IMG/VR virus record: IMGVR_UViG_3300050821_002122
Span: 64,001 to 128,000 of that record
Source: a virus
Length of the DNA stretch: 64,000 nucleotides
Reading direction: 5' to 3' (one strand)
A program made the position numbers and the translations under genes. Position 1 is the stretch's first letter. Each line of letters starts with the position of its first letter. The notes beneath the pieces are model-generated. The model did no database searches and was not told where the DNA came from. It was given only the letters and a program-made list of their open reading frames with translations. Positions 10,058 to 20,879 of the stretch are shown here, in pieces.

Positions 10058-11698
10058 TTACCATGTGAGGTTACAGAGACCGTCAGAACCATCGCCACCT
10101 TTACCGCCAGCACCAGTAGACGTGGATATATAGCAAGCGCTGCCACCTCCACCACCCGCGCAGTTGCCAGCAGCATCCCCACCTGGTATACCTGCAGGAC
10201 CTGTTGCTCCGCGTGCCGCTGCACCGCCAGTACCGAATTGTGAACTCGCACCAGGACCACCTGCGCTGCCGAAGTAACCATCAGTGCCATCAGTACCACC
10301 TGGATTGCCACCAGCACCACCTGCACCTGATGCGCCACTCGGTGGACCAAATCCAGCACCTCCGCTAGCACCTTGACCACCGTTTAGCGTAAGTACTACC
10401 ACGCTGTTTACCGTAATTATTGTGGCGGCTCCGCTAGTACCGGCTGCACCATTGCCGCCTGGTGCAATACCACCAGCACCACCAAGGCCTTTTGCGCCTA
10501 CGGTAATGACCACGTTGTCACCAGGATTAACAGGAATAGTGACCCCAGTGGCTGTTTCAGCTACCCCACCTCCACCTCCGCCCCCACCAGCATTATATTC
10601 AGTACCTGGGGTGTGGTCCGGCGTTACGCCTGCGCCAGCGCCGCCAGCGCCACCTCCACCGCCGCCTGCGTCTGCATAGAGGAAATTGACTCCTGCTGGA
10701 ACGGTGAAGTTATAGGTGCCTGCCGTGGTGTGGGATAGCGACCTGGCAAGCACTGCTGCATGATCGATAGTCAGCGATAAAGTCGCCGTAGGACCGCTCA
10801 AAATCACCTGGCCAGTAGTGTCTCCGGTGACTATTAGCGTCGTCTGTAGTATGTCATTACAGAAGATAGCTATATTAGAACCCACCACAGGAGGTATATC
10901 CGTCAGCGCTGTGGTGAAGTGGAATGTTTGGTTGCCACCACTGGAGGTTACCGAACTGCATGCCCTCATATAGCCGTCTTCCGTCTCGATCACGTAGTTA
11001 CGTGGAGTAGACGTATTGTTGACGTTGATTTGAGCCGCAACGGTCACATCATTCAATGTGCCGCCTGTAACGATAGGCGTTGCCACCAGATGGTAGTTTG
11101 TACCCATGGACCAATGAGTATCTGTAGCCTGGTGAATCCATGACGAGTTGCCATTAGCATCCAGTTCACGCACCAGTATGGAAGGTATGTCCGGGTTCGC
11201 CGAAAGCGCAGGCGGATAGACATCGGCCCAGTGATCGACCTCCCAGATCATTGGAGGTTCTGCCATCAGTGTGTCGACCTTGAAGATCGCAACCGGCTGT
11301 GTCAGCTTGATCAGGCAATGGAACGTGTAGGTCGACAGTACATTGGTACCCAGGCTGCTGTATTTCGTTTGTTGAACGGCGAATGCAGCCTTTGCAAACA
11401 TCACGGGACCTGCAATGTCCAAAGCCACTTCACCGAAATTGAATGGACCGGCATCGGCTGGTATCTTGCAAATGACGTCCAGCGTATTGTCACCCACATA
11501 TTTGTAGGTCGAAGGTACACCGCTATAAAGCAGAGTACCATTCAGATCGGTATCCGTCGGCAGCGGATCGTAGCCGAACGCAGAACCTACCCTGAAACCT
11601 ATGATATTCACAAACGGACCAGTAGGGGTAGCTACTTCGGCCGCTGCCATACCGACGTTGGTGATAATCAGAAGGGGTGCTGTGAGAGGATCACTCAT
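10058..11698 (-). CDS. Baseplate-attached tail fibre/short fibre with Gly-rich C-terminus
   Basis: N-terminus LIITNVG...FNFGEVAL resembles fibre baseplate-anchor domains; GGGGGGAGG-rich C-terminal region. Confidence 0.7.
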   Translation of the reverse strand: MSDPLTAPLLIITNVGMAAAEVATPTGPFVNIIGFRVGSAFGYDPLPTDTDLNGTLLYSGVPSTYKYVGDNTLDVICKIPADAGPFNFGEVALDIAGPVMFAKAAFAVQQTKYSSLGTNVLSTYTFHCLIKLTQPVAIFKVDTLMAEPPMIWEVDHWADVYPPALSANPDIPSILVRELDANGNSSWIHQATDTHWSMGTNYHLVATPIVTGGTLNDVTVAAQINVNNTSTPRNYVIETEDGYMRACSSVTSSGGNQTFHFTTALTDIPPVVGSNIAIFCNDILQTTLIVTGDTTGQVILSGPTATLSLTIDHAAVLARSLSHTTAGTYNFTVPAGVNFLYADAGGGGGGAGGAGAGVTPDHTPGTEYNAGGGGGGGGVAETATGVTIPVNPGDNVVITVGAKGLGGAGGIAPGGNGAAGTSGAATIITVNSVVVLTLNGGQGASGGAGFGPPSGASGAGGAGGNPGGTDGTDGYFGSAGGPGASSQFGTGGAAARGATGPAGIPGGDAAGNCAGGGGGSACYISTSTGAGGKGGDGSDGLCNLTW

Positions 11699-11721
11699 TA
11701 TTTATTCCTTTGTTGTAGCAA

Positions 11722-12795
11722 TCAGAACAAACGTCCCGAAATGCAGTTGAGTGGACGGTTCTGTTGGTCCCGAGTTAAATTGAAGAAGTAGTTTGCGAGA
11801 CCAAAGCTCGGGTCTTGCAGAGTTGGGTACGTACCCAACGAAGTCGATGTGCCGACCGGGTCGCTCGCTATATCGCTCCAGCTTAGGTTCATGATACCCG
11901 TACCTGGTGCTCCGCCAAAGATTTCCAACCCGCCTTCATGAATAGCCCTATAATCAGGATAGAATTTGAAGAACCACTTACGGGCAAGCAGATTAGGCGT
12001 AGAGGTCGCGTCCGTTACCAATATGCCGTTGATTCGGAATTGCGAACAGCGTTGATACACAAAGCCCCATGCACCACATTCCCAACCCATCAGACCAAAA
12101 ACTGTCGTGTTGTCCGTGATATTGATAACACTACCGAACAACTGCAAATTAGATCGCGTACCTTGCCCAGCGGTAATGAAATCTACAGCACCAGTTGCAT
12201 GGGCACCACTTGGCAAATTAATCCAGACGCCCATAAGAATAACTTGACTATCTATGTTGCTAGGGCTTGCAATAAGAATGATACCAGCTTGACCACTCGA
12301 ACCAACATCAATGCCTACATTGATAATTGGCCTCTGAAGATCTGACATGTCACATGGTCGAGTAGTGCCATTGGCAAGCGGACCATCGAAGTCTCCGTAT
12401 TGGGGATCACCATAAAAGGTCAATTGTATGGTACCATAGCACGGGAAACTGTCGACAGTAGTGAATGTCTCACCAGCTTTCAATGCTATTATGGTAGATG
12501 CGTTAAAAAACCCGTTGGCCAAATCGATCAGGTGATGGAGTGTAAAATCAAGGGTCTTAAATGGCAGAGCCTTACTACCGTCGTTGGGAGCACCATCAAT
12601 ACCAGCTGCCGCAACATAGTACACCTGCTTTAGCAGTAATGGTCCTGCGTATAGGCCATCAGGATTATTGCGAAGCAGATTGTAGAATACACCGCTCAAA
12701 GGTACTGCGCTGGAATCCAACGCTTCGCCCGTACTGAGAGGGCGATGAGTTGCTGTTGCGTTGTCGTAGACTACGGGTGGGAGTATAGTGGGCAT
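11722..12795 (-). CDS. Putative tail/baseplate structural protein
   Basis: 357-aa ORF inside the baseplate operon; YYVAAAGIDG...KTL motif of fibre-like proteins. Confidence 0.5.
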   Translation of the reverse strand: MPTILPPVVYDNATATHRPLSTGEALDSSAVPLSGVFYNLLRNNPDGLYAGPLLLKQVYYVAAAGIDGAPNDGSKALPFKTLDFTLHHLIDLANGFFNASTIIALKAGETFTTVDSFPCYGTIQLTFYGDPQYGDFDGPLANGTTRPCDMSDLQRPIINVGIDVGSSGQAGIILIASPSNIDSQVILMGVWINLPSGAHATGAVDFITAGQGTRSNLQLFGSVINITDNTTVFGLMGWECGAWGFVYQRCSQFRINGILVTDATSTPNLLARKWFFKFYPDYRAIHEGGLEIFGGAPGTGIMNLSWSDIASDPVGTSTSLGTYPTLQDPSFGLANYFFNLTRDQQNRPLNCISGRLF

Positions 12796-12796
12796 A

Positions 12797-14005
12797 TTAG
12801 TTCCAGTACGGGGCGAATTGACCTGGGGCGACTTCGTAGAAGCCAGCAGGATTGGTTAAGAGTTTTCTGCGGTGCACACCAACACAACGAGCGCTTACTG
12901 CAACACCGTCTAATACCGTGAAACTGGATGTTCCGAACACAGGTATGCTTGAGCCAGTTGCCGTAAAGCCACTGATTTTGTACCACGTTACTGGACCGTA
13001 CACCAGATCATACTTGTTACCGGGTTTAGGATCACCGTAAAGCTGAATACCGATATCGCCTTCTACGGTTACATGCTGCGCCGAATTGGAATAGACCGGA
13101 GCCTTCATCGTATGTGCATCGTCAAGATACATCCAACCCGTTGGCTCTCCCAGTAGGAGCGCTGTCGAGAAGTCAGCAGGCACGCTATTCATTGCGTAAT
13201 AAGTAGTCGGCAGCTCATTAGTATTGAGAATATTTACATCTGGTGGCGTGGCACCGTTATTCTTGATGTTGGATATGACCACGTTCTCCATGCCGAAAAG
13301 TGCCATACCAACTATATCCGCAGTCTCTTTGGTCACGGCATCCACAACCTTCATATTGAATGAGGCATCGATGGCGATCAGCACGAGATTGTAGTTAGCG
13401 ATCTCGTAGAAGAACGACTGCAGGGTGCGGATATCCAGACCGCCGAGACCGCCGTAGGCCTCTATCAGAACGTGCGTTGTAGGATACCAAGTACCACCAG
13501 CCCAGATCGGTGTGCCAATCGAGGGATCGCCCTCTGATACGAAGGTCACGTAATCCTCAGTCCATTGATTCTGAATCTGAAGATCAGAGCCCAGGCAGTA
13601 GTTGATGAAGTCCATGAAACCCTGCGTGCCTTTGCCGAACCAGTAGATGCCAACGAATCGAGCAATCGTCTGGTACGCATCATCACTAACAACACCAGCA
13701 TTGTGCAGATTCATGCCCAGCATATTGACTGTTTTGGTTATTAAGTCTCGATCTGGTAGTGACCACGCATCCGCAGGTACGAGTTGCTGACTCTCCACAG
13801 ATATCTCTGTCTGTGGATTTTGAATCCACATATTTCTGATGTTAGATATGATCGAAATTTTATCGTCCACTGCAGGCCCCATTACAGCATCTATAGCGTC
13901 TGTATAAGCAACGAAATAGGGATTGCTACTAAGATACGGGGGAAGTAAGGTTGATCTTGGTATTTTTATACCATCACGCTGATTCTGTTTGTATGATTCT
14001 TCCAT
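12797..14005 (-). CDS. Baseplate wedge protein (gpI/gp7-like)
   Basis: Follows the gp6/J-like gene; LLPPYL...YWFGKGT..F..Y.LG pattern. Confidence 0.6.
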   Translation of the reverse strand: MEESYKQNQRDGIKIPRSTLLPPYLSSNPYFVAYTDAIDAVMGPAVDDKISIISNIRNMWIQNPQTEISVESQQLVPADAWSLPDRDLITKTVNMLGMNLHNAGVVSDDAYQTIARFVGIYWFGKGTQGFMDFINYCLGSDLQIQNQWTEDYVTFVSEGDPSIGTPIWAGGTWYPTTHVLIEAYGGLGGLDIRTLQSFFYEIANYNLVLIAIDASFNMKVVDAVTKETADIVGMALFGMENVVISNIKNNGATPPDVNILNTNELPTTYYAMNSVPADFSTALLLGEPTGWMYLDDAHTMKAPVYSNSAQHVTVEGDIGIQLYGDPKPGNKYDLVYGPVTWYKISGFTATGSSIPVFGTSSFTVLDGVAVSARCVGVHRRKLLTNPAGFYEVAPGQFAPYWN

Positions 14006-15763
14006 TTAGCCGCCTCGCGTTGGTGTGTTGGTGGCAAGTCGCTGCTGACGTTCGGCGAATTCGACGTTGACCGTCAAGCTGGCGAGTGAGTTGTAGCGAA
14101 TTGGGACGTCAGCGATCATGTTAGGTGGAGGACCAGCTGGGGTAATGGAACCATTGTCAGTGAACGTCAAAGGGCTCGTAGCTGGTATGGTTGCAAGCAG
14201 ACCAATTGCTCCGGCTTTACGACCCCACACTTTGTAAGTCACGATGTCTTGCAGAGGTGCCCAAGTCAGCAGTACAGCATCAGCAGCGGAATGACCAACT
14301 ACTTGTGGGAACACCCAATTATTCGGCGTACCTTCTTCGCCTGCTGTATTGACTGTGGACACAGAGTAAGCATAGACCAACTCGGTCAAAGTGCCGCCGC
14401 CAACGACGATCTCGTACTCCAGCAAGGGACTCAGCGGAGCGGTGACGATCATTGGATCGATAGGGTTGGTAACTATCACGTAACTTACTGCGCCGTTACC
14501 CGCGACCACACATGCGTTAATGAGGTCCGAGTTGTAGAAGTTCGTCATCAGCAAACCTGGGCGTGGTGCAAACAACTCGCGTAACGCTTCTTCGCAGTTT
14601 GCTTGAATGGTCGAAAGAACCGCCGAATTAAAGCAGTAGACGGTCAGATCGACAACACGTGGTACTGGTATTGGGTCCTGCCACAAGAAACGACATGCGT
14701 ACATCGTCACCGTTTGCAGGTAGGCAAGATAATCACGAATCTGATCTTGCGACCATGCTGTGCTAGTCAGTGCTGATATCCGAATGACATTCATCCACTC
14801 CAACGCCAGCGGATTGATGTCGCGCTGTGCTTGAGTAATCGAATCTATGATACCGCTGTAGACACCTATGGTTGCCAAATACTGGCTCTTCGTGACCGCC
14901 GACGAATAGGTACCGAACGCGCCACTAGACAGATTCTTGTAGGTTTGGATCGGTTGTTCGTCACCACCACCAGTTGGATTACTCAGCACTGTACCACTAA
15001 TGGAACTCATGCCGGTAACAGAGATTGGCTTATTGACCAGCACAAAACTCGTGCCGTCAGTACCTTGGGTAACTACATACTGCACGACGACAGTATCAGT
15101 AATCTGGGGTGTGGTGCCGAACTGTTGACTACCGAAGACTACCAGCAGACGACCATCGGAAGTCGAGATATCGGTGTATGCAGGCAGATCACGGTAATTC
15201 CATAATGTACCAAACGACTTAGGAAGTTGTGTGTCATTGACGAAGACCCGTACGTCTTGATCGGATACCGTGAACGAATCCTCATTCGACAGGAAGGTTT
15301 GGCGTGGTGAACCTAAACCAGACATTGCGAATGTCTGTACTTGACCTTGATTCAGATCGACGGTTAGGGGTACGTTCGCAACCAGATTGATTTGACTACG
15401 GTTGAAATAATACTGACCCGACGCCATAAACTGCGTGAATGGGTCAAGCGTGACATTGACTGTTGAGGTCAGCGACACCTGCATATCTGCTGGTAGCTTG
15501 CGGCCCAGTCGTAGACCTTGCATCTGGGTAATCGAACGCACAGCATCATCCGATTGAGCAGTCTCCGAGAACGAGTCCTCACGTGCCCGTACCAAACGCG
15601 CTTGCATGAATGCCCCAATAGCTGCATTCAATTCGATAAGCGTCTGACTGGTCATGGTCGTCAACTGACCTTGCCACACAGGATTGTTATTCAGATAGGT
15701 ATTGAACTGCGTGGTGAATTGAGAAAAATCCATCGTCAGGTCAGCTAATGATAATGTAGCCAT
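14006..15763 (-). CDS. Baseplate wedge subunit (T4 gp6/gpJ-like)
   Basis: F.ETAQS..AV..I..M.G, VQYVVTQGTDG, GGGDEQ and AVTKSQY motifs; follows gp25. Confidence 0.75.
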   Translation of the reverse strand: MATLSLADLTMDFSQFTTQFNTYLNNNPVWQGQLTTMTSQTLIELNAAIGAFMQARLVRAREDSFSETAQSDDAVRSITQMQGLRLGRKLPADMQVSLTSTVNVTLDPFTQFMASGQYYFNRSQINLVANVPLTVDLNQGQVQTFAMSGLGSPRQTFLSNEDSFTVSDQDVRVFVNDTQLPKSFGTLWNYRDLPAYTDISTSDGRLLVVFGSQQFGTTPQITDTVVVQYVVTQGTDGTSFVLVNKPISVTGMSSISGTVLSNPTGGGDEQPIQTYKNLSSGAFGTYSSAVTKSQYLATIGVYSGIIDSITQAQRDINPLALEWMNVIRISALTSTAWSQDQIRDYLAYLQTVTMYACRFLWQDPIPVPRVVDLTVYCFNSAVLSTIQANCEEALRELFAPRPGLLMTNFYNSDLINACVVAGNGAVSYVIVTNPIDPMIVTAPLSPLLEYEIVVGGGTLTELVYAYSVSTVNTAGEEGTPNNWVFPQVVGHSAADAVLLTWAPLQDIVTYKVWGRKAGAIGLLATIPATSPLTFTDNGSITPAGPPPNMIADVPIRYNSLASLTVNVEFAERQQRLATNTPTRGG

Positions 15764-15772
15764 TACTACTCC

Positions 15773-16195
15773 TTAAGGCGTGATTACCTCGGCCCAAGTT
15801 GCCGAGATTGGTTGTTTGGTAAGTGAATCAATACCAGCTACGCGAACATAGTAACCGGGTAGATTCAAATCTGCCTTAACGAAAGACTGCGAATAGTCTA
15901 AGACGATACGCGGCTCCCAGCGCGCTATTGCCTGTATCATGACGATCACCATCTTTGCAGCGGTTAGATCGTCAATCGGTTCTTCTAGCATCTGGTACCA
16001 CTCCGAACCGTACTCCGGTTGGAATATCTTGCCACGTGCACCGATCGGGCAATTGAAAAGATTGCGCAAACTTGAATTGGTGATAGACAGTTGATCTGGT
16101 AATCGATCAGGTAGCGGATCGATAGAGACCAACGTGTTGACATCAACCCACGTCGCGCCGGACAAGCTGAGCTGGTACGCTGTTACTGTTGCCAT
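15773..16195 (-). CDS. Baseplate gp25/gpW-like protein
   Basis: GARGKIFQPEYGS...IARWEPRI motif. Confidence 0.85.
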   Translation of the reverse strand: MATVTAYQLSLSGATWVDVNTLVSIDPLPDRLPDQLSITNSSLRNLFNCPIGARGKIFQPEYGSEWYQMLEEPIDDLTAAKMVIVMIQAIARWEPRIVLDYSQSFVKADLNLPGYYVRVAGIDSLTKQPISATWAEVITP

Positions 16196-16204
16196 CTAAG
16201 CCTC

Positions 16205-16465
16205 CTAATTTGCATTGACGTTCGGGCTGCCGCTAACTATGGTGGCACCGCAACCAGCAGTAGCACCAACGGTTATCGTTTGCCGACCATTTGTTTTGGT
16301 TTGCGCTATTGCGGTCAAGGGTGTTACACCATGGCCACGGATAGGACAGTTATGCATATCACCCTGGCGTGCGACACCGATACCGTTTGCCTTTACGTCG
16401 GACGATGCTGATATGATGGTGCCTCCATGACTTGATGGATCACCTAATCTTGCGACTGCTGACAT
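16205..16465 (-). CDS. PAAR spike-tip protein
   Basis: ARLGDPSSHGG, ARQGD.H.CP..GHG, CGATIVSGSPNV. Confidence 0.9.
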   Translation of the reverse strand: MSAVARLGDPSSHGGTIISASSDVKANGIGVARQGDMHNCPIRGHGVTPLTAIAQTKTNGRQTITVGATAGCGATIVSGSPNVNAN

Positions 16466-16474
16466 GGTTAGTCC

Positions 16475-17179
16475 TTAGTTGAGATTAATAGTTCCGCCGT
16501 GGATGTTGACGCTACCACTTCCCGTTATGTTGACATCGCTGCTTCCCGTGACGTTCACGCTAGCACCGTTGATGGTAATGTCTCCCGTAACACCGATAGT
16601 CAGAGAGCCACTGATGGTCCGTGTCTCATCGCCATCGATGGTGGTCTTCTCGTCACCGCTCACTGTCTGCGTTTCGTCACCGTCGATGGTCGAAGTCGAG
16701 TCACCAGGCACATGGGTAGTTCGATTGCCGTCAACATCATACTTGATGGTCAGACCACTCTGGTGTGTGAACTCCCATGCGCCAGTATCGTAGTTCACGA
16801 ATAGTTCGTTGCCGGCCGGGTCTTTGAAGCCCCACGTTTTAGGGTCTTTAAACTTCGGATTAGCATTAGCTTTGCTATATAGATCAAATTCGGAGATGCC
16901 GTAGTGAGCATTTCCATCTTGGAACTTGATAGCAACTTCGGAACCTACCGCGGGCGAGCCGTAGACACCCCAAGCGGAACCGATGCCGAAAGGGCTTTTC
17001 TTCGCAGGACCGATCCACGGTAGATCACCTTGACCTGGCTCAAACAGATTGGGGATAGATACCTTAATACGTCCAAGACCTTCTGGATCATCGTTGTCTT
17101 CTACCACACCGATTATGTAACCATGGTCAGTGGCATCTTTGGACGCCTGTTCGATACGGTCGTTCAGAGAGTTAAGCAT
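16475..17179 (-). CDS. Baseplate central spike (gp5/gpV-like OB-fold plus beta-helix)
   Basis: GVVEDNDDPEGLGRIKV..P, P.VGSEV...F..G, repeated TIDGDET beta-helix turns. Confidence 0.9.
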   Translation of the reverse strand: MLNSLNDRIEQASKDATDHGYIIGVVEDNDDPEGLGRIKVSIPNLFEPGQGDLPWIGPAKKSPFGIGSAWGVYGSPAVGSEVAIKFQDGNAHYGISEFDLYSKANANPKFKDPKTWGFKDPAGNELFVNYDTGAWEFTHQSGLTIKYDVDGNRTTHVPGDSTSTIDGDETQTVSGDEKTTIDGDETRTISGSLTIGVTGDITINGASVNVTGSSDVNITGSGSVNIHGGTINLN

Positions 17180-17183
17180 CTTA

Positions 17184-18302
17184 TTATCCTTTGTCCGCGT
17201 TGGTTCCGTGCCGCACCAAACCTATCAGTTCGTTGTAGGTAGCACCTTGGATGTACAAGGCACGTGCGGCTACAGTGTATGTACCGCTGTTGATCTTATC
17301 GACCGACGTATCTTCTTTCTGAACCGAAAAATCGATCTGCTCAAACATTCCGATCTCGGTGGGCATTTGCAATAGCGCGTCGAGGCCGAAGTTGAACAGA
17401 TTCATATACCGCAGATTCTGGTACAGAGCTTTTTCGTATTGCTCATGCACGTTACCAACATCTATTGGCCCGAAGCGAACAGCACCACGTGCCATTTGAT
17501 CCTTGAGGTCCTGGTTATAAAGAGGACTGGTCACGTCCGGCGTGAACGTCAGATTCTCTATGGAGGTTTGTGTATCGTCACCAACCGTTGACTGCACGTA
17601 CCGCATATTGTTATAGCCAGTAACCGCATTATTGAAACCACTGACCGTCTTCGATTTGAAGTCCACCGCAGTATATGACTGCTTGGAATACTGGTAGGCC
17701 ACAATACTCTTTGTAGGTGCATCGAGGTCGTTCAGATTCTTGTAAACCAGCGTGTTATCCAAGTCTACGGCCAGCGCCATACAAGAGGTGTCGTCAACAT
17801 AACCAGCACCAGCTATAGCCTTAGCCCAAGCACGATAGAGTTTGTTCTGTGGCAGCCATAGCTGACTGTCACCAGTGTCAGTACCGTCATAATCCAAACC
17901 ACAGGCGTCAGCGATTTGACTAAGTGCGTCATCGCTGGTTCCTTTGATAGGTGTACTGGTACTGGAGTTCCAATATAGGGGCGCCTTCCAGTACCCAAAT
18001 ATGGTGTATGTGTAGGAACCACCGCTCTGTTCCTTGCGTGATGTGAACAGCAAGAAGTTATAGGTCGTCGCGTTCTTACCTATGGCCTTTATGACTACCC
18101 TGATAGGGATACCGTCCTTCAGACCAATAACCTCCATCAGACCCTGCACATCGGTGATTTGCATCGAGAGCAAAGGTACACTACCGCGAGCAGTGGTCAC
18201 GATGTGCATGCTGTTCAACAGGTTTACGGCACCCAGTGGATACTCTAAATCATTGAGGTATACCGAGACCTCAAGCTGATTCAGTAATAGGAAGGCCGTC
18301 AT
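17184..18302 (-). CDS. Baseplate hub protein (gp27/gpD-like)
   Basis: Position immediately upstream of spike gene; size and beta-rich pattern. Confidence 0.6.
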   Translation of the reverse strand: MTAFLLLNQLEVSVYLNDLEYPLGAVNLLNSMHIVTTARGSVPLLSMQITDVQGLMEVIGLKDGIPIRVVIKAIGKNATTYNFLLFTSRKEQSGGSYTYTIFGYWKAPLYWNSSTSTPIKGTSDDALSQIADACGLDYDGTDTGDSQLWLPQNKLYRAWAKAIAGAGYVDDTSCMALAVDLDNTLVYKNLNDLDAPTKSIVAYQYSKQSYTAVDFKSKTVSGFNNAVTGYNNMRYVQSTVGDDTQTSIENLTFTPDVTSPLYNQDLKDQMARGAVRFGPIDVGNVHEQYEKALYQNLRYMNLFNFGLDALLQMPTEIGMFEQIDFSVQKEDTSVDKINSGTYTVAARALYIQGATYNELIGLVRHGTNADKG

Positions 18303-18634
18303 ATAGTGAACGAAGCCGACTGGCTCGCCTGCTGTGCGCTGATGTACTTGATGACATCAGACTTACTGGGGACTTGCAAGATGACACCAGGTACCACCTC
18401 CTGAATCGCATCCTCAAAACCGTTGTAAGCCAATAGAATACGCCACAAACTCACGTCACCGTAGAGGCGAAATGCTATACCTGGCAGATTGGCCATATCC
18501 GATTCGTTGATTGGATACGTACCTGTTGGGGACATTGCAAAGCGGATATTCTTGTAACCACTTCGGAATATCGAGTATTCCGAACCTGTATTGTCTACAG
18601 GAGTATGTGCCGAATAGTCGAAATCTGTACTCAT
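18299..18634 (-). CDS. LysM-like baseplate protein (gpX/gp53-like)
   Basis: LPGIAFRLYGDVSLWRILLAYNG...PGVILQVP. Confidence 0.8.
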   Translation of the reverse strand: MSTDFDYSAHTPVDNTGSEYSIFRSGYKNIRFAMSPTGTYPINESDMANLPGIAFRLYGDVSLWRILLAYNGFEDAIQEVVPGVILQVPSKSDVIKYISAQQASQSASFTI

Positions 18635-19440
18635 GATTGGCTCGCAAATATTTTGATAATGTCATCTTGCGTCAAAACTGTCAGAGGCGCAAAACGCACT
18701 GACACCTTTACGTGGTATGGTATGCCTGTCTGCGCATCAAGTTCGTTGTCGTAGGTTTTCTGTACATTCTTGATGACCACCGAATCAAAGAATGCGTAAC
18801 GTCCTATCCTGACCGATATCTGATTGCTGATCTTGCCTTTCCAAAAATCTGCGCCACCGGCACCAGCTTGAGCAGTAGGTGGCGTATTAGATGCCCCGCT
18901 GCTACTAATGTTCGCGTTCTCTGCATTCATTGTGCCAGGTTTTGCGTTCGGGAAGTTCTGCGCAGCAGTTGCTACCTGACTCGCGCTGTTAGTCAACTGG
19001 TTACCCAATGCGCTCAAGATTGCTGCCGTATCGCCTAGATCGATCCGAGGGCCTGGTGACTTCAACATACCGGTAGTGGGATCAATCGATGGTGCAGTTA
19101 AGCGCAGGAGATTCAGCACCGGTTGAATGACATCGGTTTGTGGGTCAGTGTCCGAATAGAAATCGAAGTCCAGCATCAGATCACTTTCATTCGATCCTTG
19201 CCATATTTGGGCGGTCAACGCCTGAGCCGTCAGCCGTTTACCGTTTACGGCAGCGATTTGTGCAAGCGCGCCGCTACCGTTAAACAGACCCTGCGCGAAT
19301 GGTGTAGCGTAGTCAGCCGAGCTATCGAAGGCAAAGCTCTCCGGCAGATTGGCGGTCACTGTTATACCGGTCGATCCAGCGACACTCGGGTCTGCTGCCT
19401 GCTTGATAATTACCAAGTAGTCTGGATTAGTGTTAGCCAT
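18631..19440 (-). CDS. Tail tube initiator/baseplate-tube junction protein
   Basis: Position between lytic/tape-measure genes and LysM gene; IGRYAFFDSVVI..V.K pattern. Confidence 0.55.
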   Translation of the reverse strand: MANTNPDYLVIIKQAADPSVAGSTGITVTANLPESFAFDSSADYATPFAQGLFNGSGALAQIAAVNGKRLTAQALTAQIWQGSNESDLMLDFDFYSDTDPQTDVIQPVLNLLRLTAPSIDPTTGMLKSPGPRIDLGDTAAILSALGNQLTNSASQVATAAQNFPNAKPGTMNAENANISSSGASNTPPTAQAGAGGADFWKGKISNQISVRIGRYAFFDSVVIKNVQKTYDNELDAQTGIPYHVKVSVRFAPLTVLTQDDIIKIFASQS

Positions 19441-20879
19441 TAGGTTGCTCCGATGATTGTTTTGCCGCCACCACGCACGAGTGTGCGCTCTGGGTTGCTA
19501 TCTGGTACTAAGCTTGCTTGCTGCTGTTGCGGTGTTTTAGTTACTTGCGTTGGAGCTGCGGATGCAATGGCAGTACCATCTTTATACTTCAGGTCAGTCG
19601 GTGATATGACCGTGGACGCATTGGCCTCTTCGTACATGACGTTGAACCTGCCTTTTTGATAGACCAAGAACTGTGCAGCACTTTGACCTGCAAGCATACC
19701 ATTCTGCCGCATTGCCTTCAGTGTAGTAGCAGATGCAGGTTTACCAAGCATCACATCGATAATACCCGGGCCGATGTTGTGCATCATGTACAGGTTCTCA
19801 CCAGTCAACGGCAATCCATTTTTCTTCAGCAGCAGTGCGTTGTTACGTGCGAGTAGGCCAGTGGCCAACGTATTAATTCGTTTGTCACGACGTGGGTCCT
19901 CCGGTGTCCTGAATCTCTTACCAATGACCGTCATCCCGATTTTCTTACCAGCGTCAGTATTTGCTAAACCATCCCAAGTGGATTGAATGAATTGACCAGC
20001 ACCGATAGCACCCGTCGGAGACATGTCACCAGACCAACCAGCCTCCATTTTGATGAAGCCACGAAGAATGTCCTCTGGTATGTTGTACATCTTGGACGCT
20101 TCCTTAATGTAGGCGTCCTCATCGGCACCGAAGCCGGCGAATTTCTTTTTCAATTTGGAGTACAGCTTTTTGGTCGATTCGATTGGTGCAGTTACATACT
20201 CACTGAGCGACGGTGCCTCCTCCTCAGCCACCATCTTCTTGACCGATGCTGGACGGCTAACTGCGTATTCAGCAGATACTGGAGTAGCTACAGGTATAGG
20301 CATTCCTTCACCAACCTGTAGGGGTTCCGCAGCGCCTCGTAGATCAACGTCCTTCTTTGGTGGCTCTACTGCTTGCTCCCTGAAGAATTTATTCCATACC
20401 CAGTATGCACCTCCACCAATAGCTAACGCTGCAAAGATAGCGGCAGTCACCGGGTTGGCTACGGCCAATGCCACCACAAACTCTATCGCAGGTACTATGA
20501 CGTATTCCATTACAGCCGTAAGTACAGTGCGGACAAGATTCATCGCCATGCGAACGGCAAATCTGATGATAGGTTTAACCACCATCTTGAAGATTTTCTT
20601 TGCACCCCACTTCAGAGCCTTACCGATAATCTTACCTAACAACTTCATGATAGGACTACCGGTCTCTTGTTCCTCAGACGTATCACGTTCATCGACCTTT
20701 TGAATCAATGCTTTCAGCAATATTTCGGCTTCAGCCTGCGCGGCTTTTTGCTTGCGCTTTTTCTGTACCAAAGCAGCCAGTTTACCGCTGATGGTACTTA
20801 TGCGAGCCCCTTCCCGTATCGCATCTAACAATGCAAGTTTGGGAAGAGGCTCTTGAAACCTACTCATTGCATAAGTCAT
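19440..20879 (-). CDS. Virion protein with lytic transglycosylase (SLT-like) domain
   Basis: IKMEAGW...GAIGAGQFIQSTW catalytic-Glu and G.GQF motifs; YMMHNIGPG; hydrophobic N-terminal helices. Confidence 0.75.
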   Translation of the reverse strand: MTYAMSRFQEPLPKLALLDAIREGARISTISGKLAALVQKKRKQKAAQAEAEILLKALIQKVDERDTSEEQETGSPIMKLLGKIIGKALKWGAKKIFKMVVKPIIRFAVRMAMNLVRTVLTAVMEYVIVPAIEFVVALAVANPVTAAIFAALAIGGGAYWVWNKFFREQAVEPPKKDVDLRGAAEPLQVGEGMPIPVATPVSAEYAVSRPASVKKMVAEEEAPSLSEYVTAPIESTKKLYSKLKKKFAGFGADEDAYIKEASKMYNIPEDILRGFIKMEAGWSGDMSPTGAIGAGQFIQSTWDGLANTDAGKKIGMTVIGKRFRTPEDPRRDKRINTLATGLLARNNALLLKKNGLPLTGENLYMMHNIGPGIIDVMLGKPASATTLKAMRQNGMLAGQSAAQFLVYQKGRFNVMYEEANASTVISPTDLKYKDGTAIASAAPTQVTKTPQQQQASLVPDSNPERTLVRGGGKTIIGAT